A DNA stretch of 32,000 bases, taken from Candidatus Saccharimonadota bacterium (GTDB taxonomy: Archaea; Micrarchaeota; Micrarchaeia; Micrarchaeales; Micrarchaeaceae). Of this stretch, positions 1-7,863 are shown piece after piece; position 1 is the first letter of the stretch, and each line of letters opens with the position of its first letter. The DNA is taken from NCBI GenBank assembly GCA_963698035.1, contig OY969114.1, positions 360,001 to 392,000 of the forward strand, read 5' to 3'. The translations under genes were made by a program, and so were the position numbers. The notes below the pieces were generated by a model. It had not been told where the DNA came from, did no database searches, and saw only the letters and a list, made by a program, of their open reading frames with translations.

Positions 1-429
1 AATCCCCACCATGAAGTTGTTCTCTATTATCGGACCTTCGACCTCGAACTGCGGAATGTACTCCGCCCCGTCCTTCCTAGCTTCCTGCATCAGCTTGTAC
101 TCGAACGCGGGCCTGTTGAGCACGTATCCCGCCCCTTCGAATGGTATTTTGTACTCAAGGTCGGGGGATATCACGAGCACGCCGTCGACCTTGACATCAA
201 GCTCCGGATAATCAAAATTAATGCCGGTCTTTGACTTTATGAACTTTAGATGGACGTCTGCCACCGCATCTCCGCAGACCCAGCCCCAGTTGGTCTTCTT
301 GCCGACCTCCTGCTCCTTGTTCCTATCGAGAAGTGCGACCTTCATGCCGTGCTTTGCCGCAAGTGCTGCCGCAAGTGACCCTGCCATGCCCGCCCCTGCG
401 ACTATAACGTCATATTGTTCGTTCGCCAT
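1..429 (-). CDS. Geranylgeranyl reductase family FAD-dependent oxidoreductase (N-terminal 143 aa; 3' end lies outside the window)
   Basis: Absent from the ORF track because it runs off the window edge. The reverse complement of 1..429 is open from the ATG (complement of 427..429). It reads MANEQYDVIVAGAGMAGSLAAALAAKHGMKVALLDRNKE...WVCGDAV...GYVLNRPAFEYKLMQEA. It has a GxGxxG FAD fold and resembles archaeal GGRs. The + strand ORFs 11..211 and 221..466 are its antisense shadows. Confidence 0.8.
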   Translation of the reverse strand, partial: MANEQYDVIVAGAGMAGSLAAALAAKHGMKVALLDRNKEQEVGKKTNWGWVCGDAVADVHLKFIKSKTGINFDYPELDVKVDGVLVISPDLEYKIPFEGAGYVLNRPAFEYKLMQEARKDGAEYIPQFEVEGPIIENNFMVGI

Positions 430-553
430 TGAAATGCACTTCGATAGCCTATGCTGCAATAAGTAGTCTCTTCTCATTATATTGTATTGGTGCCTATTTA
501 AAATTTTGTATTTTGCGGAATTGCTGGTTGCTACGCTGCCCCGTAATAAAATA

Positions 554-658
554 TGCAGGGGGAGAGATTTGAACTCTCGAAGGCGCTAACGCCACAGGAT
601 CTTAAGTCCTGCCCATTTTTCTGTGGCTTGGAGCCAAACCAGATTCTGGAACCCCTGC
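554..658 (-). tRNA. tRNA-Leu (anticodon UAA), 105 nt, with an ~18-nt insertion in the D-loop (window ~621..638)
   Basis: Reverse complement: GCAGGGG TT CCA GAATCTGG[TTTGGCTCCAAGCCACAG]AAAAA TGG G CAGGA CTTAAGA TCCTG TGGCGTTAGCGCCTTC GAGAG TTCAAAT CTCTC CCCCTGC A. The acceptor (7 bp), anticodon and T arms pair perfectly. It has a class II long variable arm. A T-rich tract follows the 3' end. Confidence 0.85.
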
Positions 659-722
659 ATATAGAAGCTACTTCAAATAAGCAATATAAATAGTTGTCTG
701 GAGGGCTTTTAGTGGCACTGAG

Positions 723-1469
723 CTAGCCGTACATCGAGGGACCTTCGCTGCCTATCACCTTCCTGTGCGCGTCCTGCGAATCCCTGCCCTTCTTCAGTAT
801 CTCCTGTATCTTCGTCTCTACCTCTTTTGACTCCTTTTCCAGCTCGGCGACGTCTATGTCGAGCTTGAGCAGCTTGTTTATGCTCTTTATCGCCAACTCC
901 GCTGACTCGGGATTTATGAGCGTTGGATCGACCGGCACGAGCACATTTGTATCGGGGATGTCATCTAATGATGACCTGAGTAGCAGCAGCGCACTTATTC
1001 CTGTGGAGACCCCCTCCGAGATGGGCTTCAGCCCCGCCTTCTGCGCCTCCTTCAGTGTAGTGTCATTGGACGCCACCACGAACACTGTTTCTCCGTCGAT
1101 TTCCTTTGTGGGTATGCCGCCTATCGATATTATGCTGCTCATCTTGTTGGACTTAAAGAATTCATATACCTTGTCGCTCATGTCATTCATTATGTCTAGA
1201 GGGAGTGCAAACTCCGCAAAAAGCGCGGCTATCTTCTTCTTTTCAGAATAGTAAATCCTGACCGGGGGGAGGGGCCTGCTGTTGTGTATCGAGACTATGG
1301 GTGGGAACTTGTCGCTCTCCACATATCCTATGTATTGCATCTGCAGCTTGTCTATTATGTAGCTGACCGTCATCGGGCCAACGAGACCGACCCCGGGAAG
1401 GCCTTCTATCAGTATGGCGCCTTTAAGGTTAGCATCGCCTATGAGTCTTATCTCCATCCTCTTACCCAT
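723..1469 (-). CDS. PAC2-family proteasome assembly chaperone / PbaB-like proteasome activator
   Basis: The N-terminus ...AILIEGLPGVGLVGPMTVSYIIDKL... is typical of the archaeal PAC2 (COG1938) family. The C-terminus ends in M-Y-G, which fits the HbYX proteasome-docking motif. Confidence 0.75.
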   Translation of the reverse strand: MGKRMEIRLIGDANLKGAILIEGLPGVGLVGPMTVSYIIDKLQMQYIGYVESDKFPPIVSIHNSRPLPPVRIYYSEKKKIAALFAEFALPLDIMNDMSDKVYEFFKSNKMSSIISIGGIPTKEIDGETVFVVASNDTTLKEAQKAGLKPISEGVSTGISALLLLRSSLDDIPDTNVLVPVDPTLINPESAELAIKSINKLLKLDIDVAELEKESKEVETKIQEILKKGRDSQDAHRKVIGSEGPSMYG

Positions 1470-1585
1470 TTTGATTCTGTAACAAAAATATAATAATGTG
1501 CTACAATGACTAGACTTGCATTTTTCTGATGATACACCGACGATAGATATTTAAGTCTTCTCGTCGTAGTTACATCGGTGAAACC

Positions 1586-1810
1586 ATGGCTCAAAGAATA
1601 GGAAGCGAGAGAGTGGGTAGGGAAGATGGTTATCTTTACTACCTAGGAAAGGACGGATACGTATGGCGCACCCCAATGAGGACCAACACAAGAGGAAGGA
1701 AGGCGAAGGTTGGAGACGAGAAGGTAAAGAGACAGGAAGGCTACCTTTATTTCCTCGACAAGGGCGGATACGTAGCACGTGCGAAGATGAACAGGAGGGG
1801 CAGGAGATAG
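1586..1810 (+). CDS. Small, highly basic protein built from two tandem ~33-aa repeats (unknown function)
   Basis: 74 aa. Repeat 1 is ERVGREDGYLYYLGKDGYVWRTPMRTNTRGRK; repeat 2 is EKVKRQEGYLYFLDKGGYVARAKMNRRGRR. A GGTGA Shine-Dalgarno site lies 5 nt upstream of the ATG, and a TATA-like ATATTTAAG lies ~35 nt upstream. Overlapping ORFs 1551..1778(-) and 1663..1857(+) look non-coding. Confidence 0.65.
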   Translation: MAQRIGSERVGREDGYLYYLGKDGYVWRTPMRTNTRGRKAKVGDEKVKRQEGYLYFLDKGGYVARAKMNRRGRR

Positions 1811-1846
1811 TTACTGACTCTCATCTTTTTGTGTTGCAGGAGAAGG

Positions 1847-2248
1847 CTAAAGGCTGAATTCTGCAACATCTTTTATTTTTATCCCGTTCCTTTTTACAAA
1901 TCCGTCTCTAAGCTCTATCACGTATTTTGCATCCTTGCTGGAGGCATAAATTTTGCAGTTGATTGACATGCAAGGCTGCATGCTCTCCTCAATGTGGACA
2001 ATCCTGTTGCTTGCATCGAGCCATATTGCATCTATCGGGAATTTCATGCTGTGCATCCAGATGCCTTGGCTGCCACTGAACCTGAAGACAAAAAGCATGC
2101 ATTCGCTCTCTTTCTGTTGAGGTAAATACATCAAGCCGGCCACCTTCTTGAAGAAAGTGTCCGAGATTTTAGCTTCGAGGATTCTTCCTTTGATGTGCAC
2201 TGCTGTTTTTCTGTAATGCTGCCTTTGCGCAATAAACTTCATCAACAA
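1847..2248 (-). CDS. DUF192 (COG1430) family protein
   Basis: Matches the DUF192 pattern: ...KKVAGLMYLP...CMLFVF...IWMHSMKFPIDAIWLDASNRIV...AKYVIELRDGF. It starts 8 nt downstream of the ALDH stop, so the two are probably co-transcribed. Confidence 0.7.
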   Translation of the reverse strand: MLMKFIAQRQHYRKTAVHIKGRILEAKISDTFFKKVAGLMYLPQQKESECMLFVFRFSGSQGIWMHSMKFPIDAIWLDASNRIVHIEESMQPCMSINCKIYASSKDAKYVIELRDGFVKRNGIKIKDVAEFSL

Positions 2249-2256
2249 ATCATACC

Positions 2257-3885
2257 TTATTTCGTGATGGATATGCTCTGCTCTCTCATAAACTGCTGCA
2301 GGTAGAACCTGCTGCCCGATCCTTTGCCATTTATGCTGCTGCCCTTCCAGCCAACAAAGGTGTGCAGCCCCACTATTGCGCCGGTAGTCGCGCTTATGGG
2401 CCTATTGATGTACACAGTACCGGCTTGTATCTTATCGATGAATTGGTCCATTTCCTTCCTCTTTTTGCTATAGAGACCGGCTGTTAGCCCGTACTTTACG
2501 TCATTCGCCATCCTCAGCGCCTCATCAAAGTCCTTGTACCCCTCAACAGTGAGTATAGGGACGAAGAGCTCGTTATGGACAAGCTCGCTGTCGTGCCTGA
2601 CCTCTATTATGGTGGGTTCTACATAGTATCCGTTGGCACCTGTGCTTACCCTATTGCCGCCATATAGCACCTTGCCGGTAGACTTGGCCTTTTCGACCGC
2701 ATCAGAATATACCCTGAATGCGTTCTCGCTTATCAGCGGACCCATGTAAACCTCTTTCTGCAATGGGTTTCCTATCTTGAAGCCCCTCGCCTTCTCTATG
2801 AGCTTGCTTACGAACTGCTCTTTTATCGATTCGTGCACGTAGACGCGCGAGCACGCACTGCATTTCTGACCGTCAAATCCGAAGGCTGCGCTCGCGACGC
2901 CTGAGACCGCATCGTCAAGGTCTGTATTCTTCGAGACTATGACCGGGTTCTTTCCTCCCATCTCTATTATGAAGGTCTTCTGCAGTCCTGCTTCGTAGGC
3001 CTTGGTTACCATTCCAGTGCCGACCTGCCTAGACCCAGTAAAGACTATTCCTGAAACGTCTGGATTTGTCACAAGCTCGTCCCCCACGACCGAGCCTGGC
3101 CCAGATACATAATTGAATACCCCGTCAGGGACGCCTGCCTCCTTCAGGTACTCATAAATCTTCAATCCGGTCAGCATCGTCATGCTATCAGATGACGAGG
3201 GCTTGAATACGACCGTATTTCCGGTTATCATAGCTCCTACGCTCATCCCTGTGCCTATCGATACGGGGAAATTGAATGGTGCGATAACACCGAAAACCCC
3301 GTAGGGCTGCATCCTTATCGTCACCTTCTCCGGCTTTGTTGATGGGGCGCCTTGGAATCCTGCGCTCACCATTGCAGTACTCTGGACGAGCTGCGTCTTC
3401 CTTGAAAATCCTTTGTTCGTCTCCAGCTCTCCTGCGTAATAATTCATGAAGTCGATTGCCTCATCGATCTCTCCTATAGACTCGTATCTTGACTTTCCGT
3501 TCTCGTAGCTTAGTATTGCAGACAGGTAGAACTTGTTCTTCGAGAATATCCCTGCTGCCTTTTTGAATAGTGCAGCCCTATTCTTATACGGAGTGTTCTT
3601 CCACAAATCAAACGCGTCAGATGCAGCCTTTATCGCAAGCCTTGCATGCTCTTTTGTCCCTTTTTGGAAATAGCCTATTACCATATTGCTGTCTATGGGG
3701 GACCTCTCGGTTATCGTCTCGTTTGACAGCACCTCCCTCCCATTTATGTAGATTGGGTGCCTCTTACCAAATTGGGCCTTTGCCTGCTGCACAGCCTCGT
3801 CGAAAAGGCGGTCGAATTCAGCCTCTTTGCCATTCTCGACATATTTCTTGTATGTAAATTCGCTGGGAAACCCCTGCTTTGCCAT
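2257..3885 (-). CDS. Aldehyde dehydrogenase family protein, 1-pyrroline-5-carboxylate (glutamate semialdehyde) dehydrogenase-like
   Basis: 542 aa. ALDH catalytic motifs are present: IIEMGGKNP (general-base Glu) and GQKCSACSR (nucleophile Cys). Length and N-terminal region resemble long RocA/PutA-type P5CDH. Substrate assignment is tentative. Confidence 0.7.
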   Translation of the reverse strand: MAKQGFPSEFTYKKYVENGKEAEFDRLFDEAVQQAKAQFGKRHPIYINGREVLSNETITERSPIDSNMVIGYFQKGTKEHARLAIKAASDAFDLWKNTPYKNRAALFKKAAGIFSKNKFYLSAILSYENGKSRYESIGEIDEAIDFMNYYAGELETNKGFSRKTQLVQSTAMVSAGFQGAPSTKPEKVTIRMQPYGVFGVIAPFNFPVSIGTGMSVGAMITGNTVVFKPSSSDSMTMLTGLKIYEYLKEAGVPDGVFNYVSGPGSVVGDELVTNPDVSGIVFTGSRQVGTGMVTKAYEAGLQKTFIIEMGGKNPVIVSKNTDLDDAVSGVASAAFGFDGQKCSACSRVYVHESIKEQFVSKLIEKARGFKIGNPLQKEVYMGPLISENAFRVYSDAVEKAKSTGKVLYGGNRVSTGANGYYVEPTIIEVRHDSELVHNELFVPILTVEGYKDFDEALRMANDVKYGLTAGLYSKKRKEMDQFIDKIQAGTVYINRPISATTGAIVGLHTFVGWKGSSINGKGSGSRFYLQQFMREQSISITK

Positions 3886-4028
3886 ATCATCCCTTATAAA
3901 ACTCGTTTATCTATTTCAATATGCTCTGCGAAACATTATATTGCTTCTACATTTGTGGAAATATTAATTATTGTAAAGCTGTGTCTCGTTTGCATAGGCA
4001 GCTTTAAATACTACCTGAATCCCATATA

Positions 4029-4047
4029 ATTATAACAGAGTTATAAT
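4029..4047. promoter_or_regulatory. Perfect inverted repeat ATTATAAC-AGA-GTTATAAT just upstream of sufB (candidate operator overlapping TATA-like sequence)
   Basis: Read directly: 4029 ATTATAAC 4036, 3-nt spacer, 4040 GTTATAAT 4047. It ends 3 nt before the GTG at 4051 and 12 nt before the ATG at 4060. Confidence 0.4.
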
Positions 4048-4059
4048 CCAGTGGTAACG

Positions 4060-5478
4060 ATGGCAGGTAATGAGGAGGAATTGCTTGGATACGCTGATGC
4101 CGATTATAGGGAGAGGTACGGCTTCAGCGACAAGACCGAATACACATATAGGACAGAGAAGGGCTTGTCCGAAAACGTGATAAGGGAGATATCTAAGGTG
4201 AAGAACGAGCCGGAATGGGTGCTGGAGAAGAGGCTGACCGGCTACAGGGTATTCAAGAGCAAGCCGGTGCCGACCTGGGGCGCTGACCTTAGTAGGATAG
4301 ATTTTGATGACATTTATTACTACATGAAACCGGGCGGCAAGAAGGAAGATGCTTGGGATAAGGTGCCAGCGGACATAAAGAGAACATTCGACAAGCTTGG
4401 TATCCCAGAAGCTGAAAGGAAATTCTTCTCTGGGGCAGAGATCCAATATGACTCCGAGGTCGTATACGGTCATGTTAGAGAGGAGCTTGGGAGGCAGGGC
4501 GTGATATTTACAGATACAGACAACGCAATAAAGAAGTACCCCGAGCTTGTGAAGAAGTACTTTGGTACGGTCATACCACCAACAGACAATAAATTCGCAG
4601 CACTTAATACGGCCGTATTCTCTGGCGGCTCATTTATCTATGTGCCAAAGGGCGTGAAGGTTGCAATGCCATTGCAGGCGTACTTCAGGATAAATGCTGA
4701 GAAGGCGGGACAATTTGAAAGAACACTTATAATAGCGGATGAGGGAGCGGATGTGACGTACGTAGAAGGTTGTACAGCCCCGATATACATAAGCTCTTCG
4801 TTGCACTCCGCAGTTGTTGAGATAATAGTGTGCAAGGATGCGCACGTTAGATATGTTACAATACAGAACTGGTCAAGGAATGTTTACAATCTTGTTACTC
4901 AACGTGCATATGCTTATGAGAATGCGCACATGGAATGGGTCGATGCAAATATAGGTAGCAAAGTAAATATGAAATATCCCTCAGTGTATCTAAAAGGCAG
5001 GGGCGCAAAGGGAGAGATACTTTCTGTTGCAGTAGCTGGGGAAAACCAGGTGCAGGACTCCGGCGGCAAGATGCTGCACCTTGCGCCTGATACCATTTCT
5101 AAGATAATATCAAAGAGCGTCTCGAAGAAGAATGGTGTTGCTTCCTACAGGGGGCAGCTTTACATTTCAAAGGATGCGGCAAATGTGAAATCCTCGGTGC
5201 GGTGTGACGCTCTTCTTCTTGATAAGGAGTCAAAAACCAACACGTATCCCTACATAGACGTTCGGAGGGAGGATGCAACAATAACGCACGAGGCAGCCGT
5301 AGGCAAGATTGGCGAGGAACAGCTCTTCTATCTGATGTCGAGGGGACTCACTGAAGAGGAGGCGCTGACGACTGTGGTGCTTGGCTTCTTGGATCCACTC
5401 ACAAAGGCGTTGCCAATGGAGTACTCAATAGAGCTGAAAAGGCTGATAAAACTAGACACATCGAACTCTGTAGCATGA
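4060..5478 (+). CDS. sufB: Fe-S cluster assembly protein SufB
   Basis: Strong SufB-like sequence throughout (...FSGGSFIYVPKGVKV...TLIIADEGADVTYVEGCTAP...EAAVGKIGEEQLFYLMSRGLTEEEA). The track ORF opens at GTG 4051. I prefer the ATG at 4060 (MAGNEEE...), but the start is uncertain. Confidence 0.9.
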   Translation: MAGNEEELLGYADADYRERYGFSDKTEYTYRTEKGLSENVIREISKVKNEPEWVLEKRLTGYRVFKSKPVPTWGADLSRIDFDDIYYYMKPGGKKEDAWDKVPADIKRTFDKLGIPEAERKFFSGAEIQYDSEVVYGHVREELGRQGVIFTDTDNAIKKYPELVKKYFGTVIPPTDNKFAALNTAVFSGGSFIYVPKGVKVAMPLQAYFRINAEKAGQFERTLIIADEGADVTYVEGCTAPIYISSSLHSAVVEIIVCKDAHVRYVTIQNWSRNVYNLVTQRAYAYENAHMEWVDANIGSKVNMKYPSVYLKGRGAKGEILSVAVAGENQVQDSGGKMLHLAPDTISKIISKSVSKKNGVASYRGQLYISKDAANVKSSVRCDALLLDKESKTNTYPYIDVRREDATITHEAAVGKIGEEQLFYLMSRGLTEEEALTTVVLGFLDPLTKALPMEYSIELKRLIKLDTSNSVA

Positions 5479-5479
5479 A

Positions 5480-6787
5480 GTGATTTACTTGGATACGTAT
5501 GGACTATTTGTTGAAGATGCCGTCCAGAGATGCAAGTCGCTCCCAGAGGAGCAGAACGCGCTCTACAAGAGGAATTTCGTGAGCATAGGACCGGAGGCGA
5601 TCATGGAGACGTTCAAGAGCGCAGAGTCATCACCTCAGGAAACTCGGGAATCGTTAGAGGGGCTCGCAAAGTCGCTCTTCGGCAACAGCCTGATCAAGTT
5701 CGATGCAATAATAGGCGGTGGAGGGTACGTAATAGGACCTAACGCCAAATACATAACTGTGCTTGTGCCATCTGAAATAAAGATAGATCTTCTGGAGAAG
5801 AAGTTGTATAAGAGTTCGGATGACAAGCTTGCGGCGCTGATTCACGTATTTACAAATAAGTTTGTATTCATAGATCTACCAAGAGGTGTAAGGGCAAACA
5901 TGAACATAATGTTCGTGAATGCTGGGAGGCCGCTCGCGGCACAGGTAATGATAAACTGCGGTGAGGAATCGGAACTCGAACTCTTTGAATGGTATGCTTC
6001 TGGTGCAAAGGGCAAATCGGCGAGCGTGGTGATGCACGAAAGCACGCTGCATCCCTATTCGAAAGTGCATATAGATGCAATACACAACGAGGATGACAGC
6101 ACAATCGTGGGCGGCCTTTCGAAGTACAAGGTAGGAAGATCTGCAACGCTAAGGCTAAATTACTTCTATAATGGTGGGCTTCATACTAAAGTAAAGAACC
6201 AGTTTGATGCTGTAGATATCGATGGTTCGGTACATGCTAACGAGCTTATATTCGGATCCGGCGCGCAGAAATTTGACATAAGCAGCTATATGGAGAATGG
6301 CGCGCAGTCCACAACTGCAGAGCTGCACTCAAAGGCGGTGCTGATGGGCGAATCCTCCTGCATAATGAAGGGCTTCGCCAGGATACCCTTCGGCTCGAAG
6401 AACGCGAAGTCGTTCGTCCATGAATCTGGAATGCTGCTTGACAAGAGGGCATACCTTGAATCGATACCTGCGATGTCCATAGATGAGAATGAGGTAAAGG
6501 CGACCCACTCTTCTGCAACAGGGCCGATCGATGATGAGCTCTTATTCTACTTAATGTCAAAGGGGCTCGATGGGGGGAGGGCGAGGAAGCTGCTTGTGGA
6601 AGGGTTCTTCTCCAGCAGCGTAGGACGCTTCAAGAACGATAGCGCGAAACTCGCAACGGCTTCGCTGGTTGCAGACAAGATATCTACTGGCAACTTCGGC
6701 GGCAAGCTAAATGTAACTATGGAGAACATCTGGGTAGGCAGGGAGAACGAAGAGGATATATTTAAGGGGCACTATAAGTATAGGTGA
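5480..6787 (+). CDS. sufD: Fe-S cluster assembly protein SufD
   Basis: SufB/SufD-family C-terminal region (...THSSATGPIDDELLFYLMSKGLDGGRARKLLVEGF). A GTG start lies 1 nt after the sufB stop. Confidence 0.8.
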   Translation: MIYLDTYGLFVEDAVQRCKSLPEEQNALYKRNFVSIGPEAIMETFKSAESSPQETRESLEGLAKSLFGNSLIKFDAIIGGGGYVIGPNAKYITVLVPSEIKIDLLEKKLYKSSDDKLAALIHVFTNKFVFIDLPRGVRANMNIMFVNAGRPLAAQVMINCGEESELELFEWYASGAKGKSASVVMHESTLHPYSKVHIDAIHNEDDSTIVGGLSKYKVGRSATLRLNYFYNGGLHTKVKNQFDAVDIDGSVHANELIFGSGAQKFDISSYMENGAQSTTAELHSKAVLMGESSCIMKGFARIPFGSKNAKSFVHESGMLLDKRAYLESIPAMSIDENEVKATHSSATGPIDDELLFYLMSKGLDGGRARKLLVEGFFSSSVGRFKNDSAKLATASLVADKISTGNFGGKLNVTMENIWVGRENEEDIFKGHYKYR

Positions 6788-6791
6788 AGGA

Positions 6792-7112
6792 ATGCAGACA
6801 AACTACGAGATAGCGATGAGCGAGTTCATGCCAGCTTTTAGGGTGGCAGCTGCAAAGCTCATGGTGGAGAAGTACGGGATAACGCAGCAGATGGCGGCGC
6901 ACCTTCTGGAGATAACACAGGCATCTGTGAGCAAATATCTCAATGGAAGGTATTCCGATGTGGTGAGGGGCGCAGGCACCTCGATAAACAGCGAGCATGT
7001 AGAGGAGTTTGTAGGAGAGATAGTTAAGAGCTACGAACGCAGCGCGCAGAGGGTGATGTGCAAGGCGTGTCAGAAATACAACAGCTTTGACTGCACAATT
7101 ATGGTAAAATAG
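6792..7112 (+). CDS. Small HTH transcriptional regulator with C-terminal Cys motif (COG2522-like archaeal family)
   Basis: 106 aa. The HTH segment is GITQQMAAHLLEITQASVSKYLNGR. The C-terminus is CKACQKYNSFDC (CxxC-x7-C). A GGTGA Shine-Dalgarno site precedes the ATG. The gene sits between sufD and sufC. Confidence 0.6.
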   Translation: MQTNYEIAMSEFMPAFRVAAAKLMVEKYGITQQMAAHLLEITQASVSKYLNGRYSDVVRGAGTSINSEHVEEFVGEIVKSYERSAQRVMCKACQKYNSFDCTIMVK

Positions 7113-7120
7113 GTGAAGAT

Positions 7121-7855
7121 ATGATTCTTGAGGTAAAGGATTTACACGTCGCGATAGACGGCAAGGAGATAGTGAATGGGATCAACCTGAAGGTCAAGGA
7201 GGGAGAGGCCCATGTGATAATGGGCCCCAACGGCTCAGGCAAGACAACGCTTGCGAAGACGATAATGGGATATCCAAAGCTGAAACCGAGCAGCGGAGAC
7301 ATACTTGTGGATGGCCATAGCATACTCGGGCTCTCAACAGACAAGAGGGCGAAGCTCGGGCTCTTCCTGGGCTTCCAGAACCCGGTCGAGGTCGAGGGGG
7401 TGGGATTCATCAACTTCCTGCACAGCGCAAAGGAATCCGTTTCAGGCACGGTCAATACAAAAGAGCTTATGGCTGACATACGCAACAGCGCGGTCAGCCT
7501 CAAGATGGTGGATAACCTAATAGGAAGGTCCCTCAACCAGGGATTCTCCGGCGGAGAGAAGAAGAAGGCTGAGATCCTTCAAATGGGAGTGCTAAAGCCC
7601 AAGATCGCGATACTGGACGAGCCCGACTCGGGCCTCGACATAGACGCCGTGAAGGTCGTTGCGGAGAACATAAGCGCCTTCGCTAAGAAATACAACATCG
7701 GGCTTTTGATCATAACCCACTACAGCAGGATACTCAATTACATGACCCTGCCGCAATTCGTGCACGTGATGGCGAACGGGAAAATAGTTGCGGAGGGGGG
7801 CAAGGAACTGATAGCAAAGCTAGAAAAGGAAGGATATGAATCCTTCATTCAGTAG
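7121..7855 (+). CDS. sufC: Fe-S cluster assembly ATPase SufC
   Basis: Walker A GPNGSGKTT, ABC signature FSGGEKKK, Walker B ILDEPDSGLD, and a conserved ITHY segment. A GGTGA Shine-Dalgarno site lies upstream. Confidence 0.92.
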   Translation: MILEVKDLHVAIDGKEIVNGINLKVKEGEAHVIMGPNGSGKTTLAKTIMGYPKLKPSSGDILVDGHSILGLSTDKRAKLGLFLGFQNPVEVEGVGFINFLHSAKESVSGTVNTKELMADIRNSAVSLKMVDNLIGRSLNQGFSGGEKKKAEILQMGVLKPKIAILDEPDSGLDIDAVKVVAENISAFAKKYNIGLLIITHYSRILNYMTLPQFVHVMANGKIVAEGGKELIAKLEKEGYESFIQ

Positions 7856-7863
7856 GTGATTTA

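Noticed and set aside
11-466. Two + strand ORFs (66 and 81 aa) at the left edge
   Set aside because: They are low-complexity Ser/Ala/Pro-rich antisense shadows of the much better geranylgeranyl reductase reading frame on the - strand (1..429).
856-1251. Many 60-200 aa ORFs antisense to, or out of frame within, well-supported genes (for example 856..1251, 4030..4473, 7099..7536, 15081..15548, 16609..17208, 17965..18576, 24215..24817, 27417..27944)
   Set aside because: Each lies wholly inside a gene with strong family motifs. Their translations are low-complexity (Ser/Leu/Pro/Arg/Cys-rich), with no motifs and no start-site signals. This is typical of shadow ORFs.
1526-1585. CTGATGA (C-box-like) sequence and the CGACGA/TCGTCG inverted repeat upstream of the 74-aa ORF, considered as a C/D box sRNA
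   Set aside because: No D box (CUGA) lies at the appropriate distance on either strand. The inverted repeat simply brackets the TATA-like box and may be incidental.
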